From NCBI GenBank assembly GCA_032123335.1, contig JAQBFN010000020.1, positions 11,691 to 75,690 of the forward strand: a stretch of DNA of 64,000 bases. Direction: 5' to 3'. This DNA comes from Candidatus Micrarchaeota archaeon (GTDB lineage: Archaea > Micrarchaeota > Micrarchaeia > Anstonellales > Bilamarchaeaceae). Of this stretch, positions 30,806 through 40,626 are shown piece by piece (the stretch's first letter is position 1; each line of letters begins with the position of its first letter). The notes below the pieces were generated by a model that was not told the origin of the DNA, ran no database searches, and saw only the letters and a list, made by a program, of their open reading frames with translations. A program made the position numbers and the translations under genes.

Positions 30806-31330
30806 CTACCCCTTGAGTTTAATGGCCAGCTTCATCGCCCGCACCGTCTTAAGGTAATTGAGCACCGTTGTGTGTGGCGCCCCATCAAGAATCTTGAATA
30901 TCGCTTCTTTTGTAAATTCCATCAGTTCCGCAGGCGCAATTATCGCAATTGTGTGCCCGTACATGCAGAGGTATGAATCCGTGGAATCCTCTATATCCTT
31001 CTTGATTTTTCCTTTCTCACCAATTACCCTTCCCGTCATTCTCTTGCGGGCATTCTCTGTACTAAACTGGTCCCTTAAATCTATCACATGGAATAGATAA
31101 TCATCTTTAAAAAGCTTAACCGCTTCCGCAATTTTGAACCCCCTCCCAATCGCATGCACAACATCTTTTGCAAAAAATGCATCCGCACCGTCCCCCTCAA
31201 TCGTCACTTCCCCCTCATCCTTCACGCTAATCTTCACATTATAATTATCTTCAATCATTTTTTTGTTCTTCATCTTTCCGCCCATAAGCTCCCCAACTCG
31301 CTCCTCAGGAATTCGTATAATCTCCATCAT
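30806..31330 (-). CDS. KH-domain RNA processing protein (Pno1/Dim2)
   Basis: AIGRGF, GRVIGEKGK, GAPHTTV; conserved position next to top6B. Confidence 0.9.
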   Translation of the reverse strand: MMEIIRIPEERVGELMGGKMKNKKMIEDNYNVKISVKDEGEVTIEGDGADAFFAKDVVHAIGRGFKIAEAVKLFKDDYLFHVIDLRDQFSTENARKRMTGRVIGEKGKIKKDIEDSTDSYLCMYGHTIAIIAPAELMEFTKEAIFKILDGAPHTTVLNYLKTVRAMKLAIKLKG

Positions 31331-31334
31331 TGTT

Positions 31335-32285
31335 TCACCCCAGGCTCTTTTCTGCTTCTTTTTTTACTTCCGGAGGCAACCCCTCAGGAATCAGCTCCTT
31401 CGCCTTCGTCTTCCCATAAATTTTCTTTGCAAGCGCCCCCAGCTCATCCATTTCCTTCCCCCTCAATCTCGAAAACATCTTAGTAAACTCCCCCCCAGCC
31501 CCATCCTTTGAATTCCCAATAATGTGCTCCAGCGCCATCCTGAATATCTCATCCGGCTCATACACATACAGCCCCACCGCCTTTTTCGCAGCCGCCTCCA
31601 CTTTGTGCATCTTCAGTGTTTCCAGCGCCACCCTCTTCGTCTCTAAATCCCAGTCATCCATCATGTCCACAAACAATTTTGCAACATCCGCATCCCCGGG
31701 AAGCAGTATCGCAAGCGCTTCCATCGCATAAACCTGCGGCTCATTAATCTCAGTTCTCGCAATATTCAGCAACTCTCCCCTCACATGCCCCACAAGCTCA
31801 TCATCCCCCAAATGCGTAATATAAGATAATGCTGCCTCAGAAGGCCTATCCTCACCGAGTATCGCCTTTATCCATCCCCCCACCAGCTCCTTATTATGCG
31901 TAAATCCATCCCCGAACGCCATCATCATATTGAGGTCCGGCCCTTTCTTCCTCTCATACAAATTGTTCAGCGCTCTCTCGAGCACATCCCCCCACTGCCC
32001 CATCACAATCATCGTAAACAGGCACTTCGCAAGCGTAGCCTTCGGCACCTTCATCCTGTGCGCTTTTGGGGACTCCTGGAGCACGCTGCACCCTATGTTC
32101 ACCAGCGCCTCCCGTATCCCCGCGTACTTCTCCACCAGCGCATCAAACCCTTCCCCTTCCCTATATGCCTCTATCATTGCCCAGAATATCTCCCGCGGAT
32201 TCGCGTCCGAGGAAAGCTTGTGCTTGGACATCTTCACGATGTCTTCCGGCAGCGTAGGGGGAGGCTGCTCTTTGTTGTCCTGCAT
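31335..32285 (-). CDS. Hypothetical alpha-helical (HEAT-like) protein
   Basis: 316-aa ORF in the same run; DDWDLETKRVALETL HEAT-like repeat. Confidence 0.65.
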   Translation of the reverse strand: MQDNKEQPPPTLPEDIVKMSKHKLSSDANPREIFWAMIEAYREGEGFDALVEKYAGIREALVNIGCSVLQESPKAHRMKVPKATLAKCLFTMIVMGQWGDVLERALNNLYERKKGPDLNMMMAFGDGFTHNKELVGGWIKAILGEDRPSEAALSYITHLGDDELVGHVRGELLNIARTEINEPQVYAMEALAILLPGDADVAKLFVDMMDDWDLETKRVALETLKMHKVEAAAKKAVGLYVYEPDEIFRMALEHIIGNSKDGAGGEFTKMFSRLRGKEMDELGALAKKIYGKTKAKELIPEGLPPEVKKEAEKSLG

Positions 32286-32418
32286 CGCAATCCATCTTCT
32301 ATTTAATAGAGAACCTTTTTAAATTCACGTCAGAGAATTTCCCACATCGACGTATTTCTCCTCCCCCAATTAAACACTAACCAACACATTTAAATACAAC
32401 CTCCCACCCAATATATAC

Positions 32419-32958
32419 ATGGGAAAAGCACTCAAAATCCAGCCCCAGAGGCCAATCCCGCTCCAGAGGGTTCCCAGCCGCAGGCAAATGCCCTTCAATC
32501 CCACTTCCAAACAACTCATGTTCGAAAACACTGAACGCACCTCCCTCAAGAATTCCCTTGGGGAACGCTTCACTCTCACTGTTGAAAGATTGTACCCTGG
32601 TGGATACGATATAGAGCTCAAAAGCAAGGACAGGGAAGCAGGGCAACTCATAATCGACATAAGCCTCAGAACCTACAAAGAAAAGAACAAAGTTTGCATT
32701 TCCAGCATCACCTGCTGGACTCCGAAGCTGCCGGACCAGGCTTACTCCAAGCCCCCCAAGGAAAACAGGGGCTTCGGAATTATCCGCCTTGCAATCCAGT
32801 TCGCAAAAAAAATCGCAAAAGAACAGGGCATCTCCCGCATTACAATCATGCCTTACTGCTTTGCGCTCAGGGACCATTATGTAAATTCCGGATTCAGGGA
32901 GGAGCCCGTTTCGGACACAATCAAGAAGCACGAACTTGTTATGCACCTGAAACAGTAG
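32419..32958 (+). CDS. Hypothetical protein, possible GNAT fold
   Basis: NRGFG..R...FAKKIAKEQG and HYVNSGF resemble GNAT motifs A and B. Confidence 0.5.
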   Translation: MGKALKIQPQRPIPLQRVPSRRQMPFNPTSKQLMFENTERTSLKNSLGERFTLTVERLYPGGYDIELKSKDREAGQLIIDISLRTYKEKNKVCISSITCWTPKLPDQAYSKPPKENRGFGIIRLAIQFAKKIAKEQGISRITIMPYCFALRDHYVNSGFREEPVSDTIKKHELVMHLKQ

Positions 32959-33076
32959 GGGCCGAAGCCTCAAGCCATTTTATGCCTTAAAGCCTCTCAT
33001 TATTTGAACAGTTAGAAGCCGTGACATCACGCCTCGAAGCTCCTCATTAATTTAATTAGTAAATAGCGGGACTTCA

Positions 33077-33149
33077 AGCCGTGAACGAGAGTCGAACTCG
33101 TGACCTCGTGCTTACCAAGCACGCGCTCTACCAACTGAGCTACCACGGC
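33077..33149 (-). tRNA. tRNA-Thr (GGT)
   Basis: GCCGTGG/TCACGGC acceptor; CGTGC-ttGGTaa-GCACG; GTTCGACTC. Confidence 0.95.
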
Positions 33150-33316
33150 AAGTTTTTATAACCGCGTTACGCTTACGCAAAAACTTGCGTCAAAAAACAC
33201 CGCATTACGCTACCTTTTTGGTTTACTCTGCACTGCTCCGGTGCATAAACCTGCACATGGGAGTATTGTTTTTGTTTTATTGGAAGGAAAAGATAAAAAG
33301 GGTAACTCTCCCGGAT

Positions 33317-33622
33317 CTAAACCAGGGAGATTTTAACGAAGACGCTGTCAGGCACTTTAACTCTGAGAATCTGCCTAATCATCTTCTCATCGCCCTCTAC
33401 AATAACGAGCCTCTTGGAGATTCTCTTCTCCCAGTGCTCATAGGTGTCCGAACCATCCCCGCAGGGAGTTCTCCTCGGGTCAACCATGAGCCTTTTCCTG
33501 GGCATAGGCACAGGCCCAGTAACGGTCATGTTCAGAGTACGGGATAGGTCCTTAATCTGGTCAATGACCTTGTCAAGGTCTCCAGGGGATTCCCCCTTGA
33601 GGATTATTTTCGCCTTCGTCAT
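33317..33622 (-). CDS. rpsJ: Ribosomal protein uS10
   Basis: GPVPMP, RRTPCGDGSDTYEHWEKRISKRL. Confidence 0.97.
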   Translation of the reverse strand: MTKAKIILKGESPGDLDKVIDQIKDLSRTLNMTVTGPVPMPRKRLMVDPRRTPCGDGSDTYEHWEKRISKRLVIVEGDEKMIRQILRVKVPDSVFVKISLV

Positions 33623-33659
33623 CAAATCACGTTTCCAAAATAAAAGGAAGGGGGAGAAG

Positions 33660-34913
33660 CTACTGCTTCTTCGGGACTACATCCAGCACGACACCAGCCG
33701 CAACTGTCTGCCCCATGTCCCTGATTGCGAACCTTCCGAGCGGAGGGAATTCTGCATACTTCTCAATCACGATGGGCTTGAGTGGCTTGAACTTAACCAC
33801 TGCAACATCACCGGTCTTGATGAAGTCTACTTTTCCTTCCTGGCCCTTCTTTTCCACAATCTCAATAATCTTAGCTGCAAACTGTGCAGTGTGGATGTGA
33901 AGCACGGGTGTGTATCCCACAGAGATTGCAGTCGGGTGGTTCAGCACAACTACCTGTGCAGTGAACTCGTCTGCAACTGTTGGCGGGTTTGCAGAGGAAC
34001 CAAGAACGTCTCCCCTCCTGATGTCCTTCTTGTCTACACCCTTTACGTTGAATCCAACGTTGTCTCCGCACTTTGCCTCAGCCATTTCCTGGTGGTGCAT
34101 CTCAATTTTCTTCACTTCACCAGTTGCTCCGGAGGGCATGAACACAACCTTCTCGTTAACCTTCATGGTTCCAGTTTCAATACGCCCAACAGGCACGGTT
34201 CCGTGCCCGGTGATTGTAAATACATCCTGGATCGGGAGCCTGAGCGGCTTGTCCATAAGCTTTGCAGGCACAGTAAAGCTGTCCAGTACAGTGAGAAGTG
34301 CCGGTCCCTTGTAATAAGGGGTGTTCTCAGAGTTCTTTGAAATGTTGTCTCCCTTGTACCCGGATGTCGGGATAAAGACGAGCTTGCTTACATCATAGCC
34401 CATTCCTTTGAGGAGCTTCTCGAGTTCTGCCTTGACCTCATTGTACCTTGCCTCATCATAGTTGATTGCGTCCATCTTGTTGATGAGGACCATAAACTGG
34501 CCGATTCCGAGCACCTTTGCAAGGAACGCGTGCTCCTTGGTCTGGGACTGCACACCATCTTTTGCAGAAACCACGAGGGCTGCTGCATCTGCCTGGCTTG
34601 CACCTGTAATCATGTTCTTGACGAAGTCTCTGTGGCCGGGTGCATCGATAATCGTGTACTCATATTTGTCCGTAGTGAACTTCTTGTGAGACACATCGAT
34701 GGTAACTCCCCTTTCACGCTCTTCCTTGAGAGTGTCCATCTCATAGGCGAATTCGAAGGTCGCTTTACCGAGCCTCTCCGCCTCCTCCCTGTACTTCCTG
34801 AGGGTCTGTTCAGAGAGCGCCCCAGTCTCGTAAAGGAGCCTACCCACACAAGTGGATTTACCTGCATCTACGTGGCCAATAAACACTATGTTCATATGTT
34901 CTTTTGCTGCCAT
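33660..34913 (-). CDS. tuf: Elongation factor EF-1alpha
   Basis: [52 protein letters not shown]. Confidence 0.99.
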   Translation of the reverse strand: MAAKEHMNIVFIGHVDAGKSTCVGRLLYETGALSEQTLRKYREEAERLGKATFEFAYEMDTLKEERERGVTIDVSHKKFTTDKYEYTIIDAPGHRDFVKNMITGASQADAAALVVSAKDGVQSQTKEHAFLAKVLGIGQFMVLINKMDAINYDEARYNEVKAELEKLLKGMGYDVSKLVFIPTSGYKGDNISKNSENTPYYKGPALLTVLDSFTVPAKLMDKPLRLPIQDVFTITGHGTVPVGRIETGTMKVNEKVVFMPSGATGEVKKIEMHHQEMAEAKCGDNVGFNVKGVDKKDIRRGDVLGSSANPPTVADEFTAQVVVLNHPTAISVGYTPVLHIHTAQFAAKIIEIVEKKGQEGKVDFIKTGDVAVVKFKPLKPIVIEKYAEFPPLGRFAIRDMGQTVAAGVVLDVVPKKQ

Positions 34914-35078
34914 TTATATTCACCTATATATAATTTATTCTATAACATTTGCTTTCTACGTGCAGATGCACGAAAAGTAAGCATAGTGGTTATTAATAGA
35001 CAGTCTTTTAAATGTTCCCCAGAGCCTCTCTCCTGCATTCCCCACCACCCTTATAATTCTATTTTCCTTATTCTCCAT

Positions 35079-36194
35079 ATGGTGGATGATATTTACCTTA
35101 ATAAGCCAGAGGAATTGTTCGAAGCCCTGGAGCGCGAGCTTGAAGACCCGGAAAAGGTCGTCGCAGTCCAGATGGCTCCCGCAGTCCGCGTTGCAATCGG
35201 AGAGGAGTTTGGCTACGCCCCCGGAGAGGACCTCACCAAAAAAACGGTGGGTCTCCTGAAGCAATTGGGTTTTGACCATGTTGTAGATACCCCCCTCGGC
35301 GCAGACGTCAACATTTATGAGGAAGCCTACGAAATACTCCACGCCCTGGAGCGCAACGACGAAGATTACTTCCCGGTATTTAACTCCTGCTGCATCGGCT
35401 GGAGGCTCTACTGCTCCCGCACCCACGAAGATATCTGCAAGCACATCTCCCCCATTGCCTCCCCCCACATGATTACGGGCAGCATCATAAACCACTACCT
35501 CCAGAAGAAGCTGGGCAAGCCCCGCAAGGAAATCATTTCCGTAAGCGTAATGCCCTGCACTCTCAAGAAATATGAAACTCTGGAGCGCTTCCCGGATGGA
35601 GATCCTTATGTGGACTATGTCCTCACCACCCGCGAGCTCGCTGATTTCGCAAGAAAGAAGGGCCTGGACCTGAAAACCGCCCCAGAATCTGAATTTTCCG
35701 AGCTCCTTCCCGACTCTTCCAAGGATGGAGTGGTGTTTGGAGTGACCGGAGGCCTGGTTGAAGCCCTCCTCACGACCCTTGCACACATCCTGGAAGTTGA
35801 AAAGGAAAACGAGCATTTCTTCCGCAATGATGATGAAATCAAGGAGCGCGAAGTAAAGCTCGGAGAATACACCCTCCGCGTAATCTCTGTCCACGGTTTC
35901 GCAAACCTGGAAAAAGTCCTAAAGGAAATCGAAGGCGGAAAGAAATTCCACTTTGTAGAGGTAATGAACTGCCCATATGGGTGCGTTGGCGGCCCTGGCC
36001 AGCCCCTCCCCGTAACTGAGGAAAAGCTCAAGGCCCGCGCCGCAGGCCTTCGCAAGGCCGCGGACAACAAGGACACAGTTGCCACAGTTCCCCAGGAAAA
36101 CCCCACGGTCCAGAAGCTCTACCGCGAGCTTTTAGACCGCCCGGGCTCTGAAACCGCACGCAAACTCTTATATTTCCATAAGGTCAAACTATAG
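35079..36194 (+). CDS. hydA: Minimal [FeFe]-hydrogenase catalytic subunit (H-domain only, 371 aa)
   Basis: QMAPAVR; L1 FNSCCIGW; L2 MPCTLKKYE; L3 EVMNCPYGCVGGPGQP. Start taken at ATG 35079 after a TATA-like TTATAATT. Confidence 0.9.
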   Translation: MVDDIYLNKPEELFEALERELEDPEKVVAVQMAPAVRVAIGEEFGYAPGEDLTKKTVGLLKQLGFDHVVDTPLGADVNIYEEAYEILHALERNDEDYFPVFNSCCIGWRLYCSRTHEDICKHISPIASPHMITGSIINHYLQKKLGKPRKEIISVSVMPCTLKKYETLERFPDGDPYVDYVLTTRELADFARKKGLDLKTAPESEFSELLPDSSKDGVVFGVTGGLVEALLTTLAHILEVEKENEHFFRNDDEIKEREVKLGEYTLRVISVHGFANLEKVLKEIEGGKKFHFVEVMNCPYGCVGGPGQPLPVTEEKLKARAAGLRKAADNKDTVATVPQENPTVQKLYRELLDRPGSETARKLLYFHKVKL

Positions 36195-36209
36195 AGTAGG
36201 TGCTGTTTA

Positions 36210-36443
36210 GTGTTCAAACTCAAGGTTCAAGACAAACGGGATGATAGCAAAGGTTCCGGAAGCAAACCTCCCCTTCCAACGAGGAGTGCAGAACAAATTC
36301 TCAGGGAGTCAAAAGAAAACCCCGGAATGCAGCGCATATGGGCATTCATGAAGGGCGTCAAGCCTGAGCCCGAAGACATTTTTAACGGTGATTACCTCAT
36401 GGGCGATAAGCCTCCCAAGGGTACCGGGTTCAAGCTAAAGTAA
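36210..36443 (+). CDS. Small basic hypothetical protein
   Basis: GTG start with AGGTG SD-like site directly after hydA. Confidence 0.5.
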   Translation: MFKLKVQDKRDDSKGSGSKPPLPTRSAEQILRESKENPGMQRIWAFMKGVKPEPEDIFNGDYLMGDKPPKGTGFKLK

Positions 36444-36505
36444 TATTCTCCACCTTTCCCCACCCATCCCAACCTTTATAACTATTCCTGCACAAATATT
36501 CCTGT

Positions 36506-36820
36506 ATGACCACTACAAGAAGCAGCGTTCCGCCTGTTCCTACAGCTACGGTCCCAGGACCGATCAAAGCAGGAACAATGCGCAGGCCGCTCGGAAAGAA
36601 ACCCGATTCAGATCGGAATGAGCCTACTCTTACTGAATTGAAGGCAAGGCAGCCTCTCCCAGGAAGCTTCTCCGACACTTACCCTAAAGCAACCGATGAT
36701 GATTGTGAAGGAAGGTGCGATTGCTGGGGCGATAATAACCCAAGGCTTACAAAAGAAGAAAGGGAAGATTTGGAAGATCGCTTAAGTTCCCACAAGGCGC
36801 CTTATGACCTGGGGAACTAG
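36506..36820 (+). CDS. Hypothetical protein
   Basis: TTTATAA about 25 bp upstream; Pro-rich N-terminus; CEGRCDC. Confidence 0.5.
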   Translation: MTTTRSSVPPVPTATVPGPIKAGTMRRPLGKKPDSDRNEPTLTELKARQPLPGSFSDTYPKATDDDCEGRCDCWGDNNPRLTKEEREDLEDRLSSHKAPYDLGN

Positions 36821-37344
36821 CTTCCCATTATTCTTTTTCCCATTCCAATTAACACAATTCCACCAAGAGCGGTAGCTACCTGCAGTGCGCCCATCGGAAT
36901 CAACAATGCTTCCGGCAGCACTCCCGCAGCAAAAAGAAAATATGCCGGAAGGAATATCGCCCCCGCTTTCAGGAACGCAGAAACCGCACCAGCTTTCCAG
37001 AATCCCATTCCTGCAAAATGCTTTATCCCGTACACAAACAGGAAATTCCCAATCCAGATAAACGGAACCAAATACACAAGGAAAATTGTAAGGGGCCCAA
37101 ACAACAATCCATTCGCAATCGCCCCAATGCTCGGAAGCAATATAACCGGAAGCACACTATTTCCTCTCATTCCAAGCGCAGCAAAAACAAGCAGCGCATT
37201 CACCACGACCCCCGTAAGGATTTGTGGATGAGGAAACAGGAAAGGAATCGCGAATGCAATAAACGAAATCACAATCAATTGCACAAAATCCTTTCCAGCT
37301 GAAAATGAGTATTCCCTTTTTTCCAGAGTAGTGCAAATCTCCAT
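36817..37344 (-). CDS. Integral membrane protein, ECF S-component-like
   Basis: Five to six TMs; PQILTGVVVNALL, LPSIGA, PFIWIGN. Confidence 0.6.
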   Translation of the reverse strand: MEICTTLEKREYSFSAGKDFVQLIVISFIAFAIPFLFPHPQILTGVVVNALLVFAALGMRGNSVLPVILLPSIGAIANGLLFGPLTIFLVYLVPFIWIGNFLFVYGIKHFAGMGFWKAGAVSAFLKAGAIFLPAYFLFAAGVLPEALLIPMGALQVATALGGIVLIGMGKRIMGS

Positions 37345-37398
37345 GCCCCCACTACTCAAGCTGATTTTATAAATGTTGATTCTTCCTGCAAATAAGTT

Positions 37399-37450
37399 GA
37401 TTCTTTGGAGCTAGAGCTGTCCGCTAACGCGGGCTAAGCTCCAAAAAATC
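37399..37450. repeat. Long intergenic hairpin (REP-like)
   Basis: TTTGGAGCT...GTCCGC-TAAC-GCGGGC...AGCTCCAAA nested inverted repeat. Confidence 0.7.
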
Positions 37451-37636
37451 AGTAGAAAGAGAAGGAGATGGTAAACCCGCGAAGGCTCCATCTCACCTCC
37501 CACACGACCTGCAAAGCAGGCAACCTAGTATTCCACACTTCATTTATATACCCACCGTTTCTATTCGGAGAAAGTTCCCCGCGTTTCCCCACGAAAATTC
37601 CAAAATGTTTATATTCCTTGCTTGCTAGTTTCTCTC

Positions 37637-38776
37637 ATGAACAGGGCCCTGTTATTTACAGCTATCATGATTTCACTTTTCCTTATTGCCGGATGCCCCG
37701 GCGAAGAGAAAACACCAATCCCTTCAGAAGAAGAACCCACAATCTCCGTTGGAGGGTGGGTGGCCGAAGTCGAGCCCTCCTACGAGGAGGAAAAAGCCCA
37801 GCTATCCGAAACCGCCCTGCAAGAACAGGATACCTCCTATTGCTTCAAGCTCCCCGCAAATGAGCGCGACGACTGTATCCTGCCTCTTTCCAACGATTCC
37901 CTTTCCAACTGCATCCAGCTGATAAAATACGATAACAAAAGAGAATGCCTTTTCTACCATGCATACAAGGATGAAGACATGTCCATCTGCGATCTTATGA
38001 GCGAAGCAGACAAGGCAGAGTGCATCGAATACCTCTCCCCCCCATGCACATTCGTGCTGGACCCTGAAGAAAAGGGAAGGTGCCTTGCTTTTGAATACAT
38101 GAATTATACTTATTGCAAAGATGAGGAATGCTACCTGGATTATGCATTTGAGAACAGGGATGCAGGCGCATGTGAAATGCTTGAATATGCAAAAAGGGAA
38201 GGCTGCCTCAGCTCCCTGGACTATGAAGACAGGTGCAAGGGCCTGGATGAAAAGTCTTACAAATATCAATGCTACTACATCTTTGCATTGGGGGAAGGCA
38301 ACCCCACCCATTGCTATTTCATAAACGGGGTATATGAAACAGAAATCGCTTACCAGTGCTTCACCCACTTTGCGGTGACGGATGGCAACCCTGCACTGTG
38401 CGAAGCAGTTGCTGTGCTGAATAGGTGGGACTGCTACACTGACTATGCATTGGAAACCGGAAACAAGGAAGGCTGCTATGCAATAGATACCCGCGCCCCT
38501 GTTTCCAGGGAAAATTGCTTCAAGGAATATGCCTATGCATATGACGATCTTGCTTCCTGCAATGAAATAGACACTGAATTAGTGCGCCAAATATGCTATT
38601 CCGCGCTCATATTCAGCGCAGAGGAACTCACAATGACTGAGTGCAATTCAATCTGGCTCCCGGACTGGAAAGACAAATGCTACCAGGAACTGGCAAAGCT
38701 GGAAGATACGAAAACCTACTGCAACTATATAGAAGGCAATGGAGTCAAGGAGAACTGCCTTTTAATGTTCAATTAA
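37637..38776 (+). CDS. Cys-repeat lipoprotein
   Basis: Lipobox IAGC; many units of the form C-x2-(I/L)-x5-7-(R/K)-x2-C-(Y/F). Confidence 0.85.
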   Translation: MNRALLFTAIMISLFLIAGCPGEEKTPIPSEEEPTISVGGWVAEVEPSYEEEKAQLSETALQEQDTSYCFKLPANERDDCILPLSNDSLSNCIQLIKYDNKRECLFYHAYKDEDMSICDLMSEADKAECIEYLSPPCTFVLDPEEKGRCLAFEYMNYTYCKDEECYLDYAFENRDAGACEMLEYAKREGCLSSLDYEDRCKGLDEKSYKYQCYYIFALGEGNPTHCYFINGVYETEIAYQCFTHFAVTDGNPALCEAVAVLNRWDCYTDYALETGNKEGCYAIDTRAPVSRENCFKEYAYAYDDLASCNEIDTELVRQICYSALIFSAEELTMTECNSIWLPDWKDKCYQELAKLEDTKTYCNYIEGNGVKENCLLMFN

Positions 38777-38799
38777 AATTAGAATATTAAAAAATAAAA

Positions 38800-39666
38800 T
38801 TATTCGGAAGATTTCTCTTCCGCTTTCTCTTCTTTAGGCTTAGCAGTTTCTTTCTTTTTTTCCGGAGTCTTTTTCTCTTCCTTTGCCTTTTCAATTGCTT
38901 TCTTTGCCCTCTCTTCCTCTCCGCCTTCCTTCTTCTTTTCCTCTCCTTTCTCTTCTGCCTTTTCCTCAGCTGCCTCTTCCTTTGGAGCTTCTTCTACAGG
39001 TTTCTTCTTTTCGGTTTCTTCCTCAAACTTTTCAAAGTAGTCCATCCTGTACTCAAACTCATTGTAGGACTTGATTTTCCCCTGGCTCATCATGAGCTCC
39101 CTTGTAAGAAGGTAGAACAAAATCGCGAGGCTTCTCCTTCCTTTGTTGTTTGCAGGCACAATCCAGTCCACAAATGCAGTGTTATTGTCAGTATCACAGA
39201 GCGCAACCACAGGAACTCCGGTCATCGCAGCTTCCCTGATTGCTTCCCATTCACCCTTCGGGTCACATACAATAAGCAGCTTCGGCTCCCTGAAGTTCGG
39301 AAGGTTCACATTGGTCATTGTCCCGGGCACAAACCTGCCCCTAAGGATTCCAACGCCCGTAAGCTTGGAGAACTTTTCCGCAGCATTCCCGGAGTAAAGC
39401 CTTGAAGCAACCACAAGCACTTCTTCCGGCTTGTACTTTCCGATGAGTTTTGCCGCTTCCCTTAGCCTTTCATCAATCTTCCTCAAGTCCAGGATGTACA
39501 ATCCATCATCCCTCATCTTGAAGACGAACTTCTTCATATCCGAAGTCTTGAACCTCGTCCCGATATGTATTCCCGTTTCCAGGTATTTTTCCTGTGGAAT
39601 GAGGTATGATGATTTTTCTTCTTCAACTTTTTCAGTTTTTTCTTCAACTTTTTCTTCGTCTGCCAT
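38800..39666 (-). CDS. rpsB: Ribosomal protein uS2 with K/E-rich tail
   Basis: GIHIGT, GRFVPGTMTN, CDTDN, PANNKGRRSL. Confidence 0.97.
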   Translation of the reverse strand: MADEEKVEEKTEKVEEEKSSYLIPQEKYLETGIHIGTRFKTSDMKKFVFKMRDDGLYILDLRKIDERLREAAKLIGKYKPEEVLVVASRLYSGNAAEKFSKLTGVGILRGRFVPGTMTNVNLPNFREPKLLIVCDPKGEWEAIREAAMTGVPVVALCDTDNNTAFVDWIVPANNKGRRSLAILFYLLTRELMMSQGKIKSYNEFEYRMDYFEKFEEETEKKKPVEEAPKEEAAEEKAEEKGEEKKKEGGEEERAKKAIEKAKEEKKTPEKKKETAKPKEEKAEEKSSE

Positions 39667-39689
39667 TTTTCTCACCGTTTGAAAGATTT

Positions 39690-39762
39690 TGGGGCCGCCG
39701 AGATTTGAACTCAGATAACATGCACCCCAAGCATGCAGGATACCAGGTTACCTTACGGCCCC
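39690..39762 (-). tRNA. tRNA-Pro (GGG)
   Basis: GGGGCCG/CGGCCCC acceptor; CATGC-ttGGGgt-GCATG; GTTCAAATC. Confidence 0.93.
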
Positions 39763-39774
39763 AATTTAACTTCC

Positions 39775-39972
39775 TCACATTTTTCTGTACTTTTTGATTG
39801 CCTCCATGCCGTCTACGTGCCCCAGGAACATTCTCCTGCAACAGTATCTGTCTACTCCCAGTTCATCGAGTATCTCGACAGCGGGTTTGTTTGCTTCAAG
39901 CCCGGCCGTATACTTCTCGTACAGGTCGCCAATCACGGCGCCGCACGTAAAACACCTTACTGGAAATTCCAT
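39775..39972 (-). CDS. rpoN: RNA polymerase subunit N (Rpo10)
   Basis: PVRCFTCG...RYCCRRM. Confidence 0.97.
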   Translation of the reverse strand: MEFPVRCFTCGAVIGDLYEKYTAGLEANKPAVEILDELGVDRYCCRRMFLGHVDGMEAIKKYRKM

Positions 39973-39976
39973 AGTT

Positions 39977-40621
39977 TCACCTGTATGATTTCTGGTTTCT
40001 CGCCCTAGCCTTGGGCCCCATGTACTTCTTGGGCTCAACCCTCCTCGGGTCTTCCCTCAGGAGGTAAGTGTCATCTTCCTTGTACTTTGCAATAACACTT
40101 TCTCCGAAGTACTGCGCGAGAGCTTTCGCAATAGCGGTCCTGCAGGCCTGTGCCTGCCCCATTTCTCCGCCTCCGTGCACCTTCACGCTCACATCAACAC
40201 TGAGCCCGTCCGGACCAATGAGCGCGAGCGGCTCAGCAACAATGCTCTTGAAATATTTATTCCCGAATGAAGAAACGAGCTTGCTGTTTACCCTGATTCT
40301 CCCGGAGCCTTCCCTTACGGTCGCCCTTGCAATCGATCTCTTCCTCTTTCCCCTTGAGTGCTCAACACGAACACTTTTCTTTTTCTTCTTGGATTTCCTT
40401 GCCTTCTTTGGCTTGGGGGCTTCCTTTTTGGGCTCCTCTTTTTTCACTTCAGGCTTAGGTGCCTCCGGCTTCTTTGCTTCAACTTCCCTGGGCGCATCAA
40501 CCTTCCTCTCTTCCTTTTTGGGCTCCTCCTTTCTAGGAGCATCTTCCATCTTAGGTGCAGCCTTCTTCTTTGTTTTATTCCTGGCCGGAGCCTTCTTTTT
40601 TGTTTCTTTCTTTTCTGCCAT
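39977..40621 (-). CDS. rpsI: Ribosomal protein uS9 with K/E/P-rich N-terminal extension
   Basis: GKRKRSIARA, GGGEMGQAQA, DPRRVEPKK, QKSYR. Confidence 0.96.
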   Translation of the reverse strand: MAEKKETKKKAPARNKTKKKAAPKMEDAPRKEEPKKEERKVDAPREVEAKKPEAPKPEVKKEEPKKEAPKPKKARKSKKKKKSVRVEHSRGKRKRSIARATVREGSGRIRVNSKLVSSFGNKYFKSIVAEPLALIGPDGLSVDVSVKVHGGGEMGQAQACRTAIAKALAQYFGESVIAKYKEDDTYLLREDPRRVEPKKYMGPKARARNQKSYR

Positions 40622-40626
40622 AATCA

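Noticed and set aside
34530..35078. N-terminal 183 aa of the listed 554-aa ORF
   Set aside because: It overlaps tuf in antisense and is not protein-like. Hydrogenase similarity starts at ATG 35079, after a TATA-like box.
37464..37500. Fluoride riboswitch (GGAGATGG start)
   Set aside because: The downstream pairing and pseudoknot elements of that family are not evident, and there is no fluoride exporter adjacent.
38800..40621. K/E-rich extensions on uS2 and uS9
   Set aside because: Low-complexity extensions on ribosomal proteins are common and not evidence of a new system.
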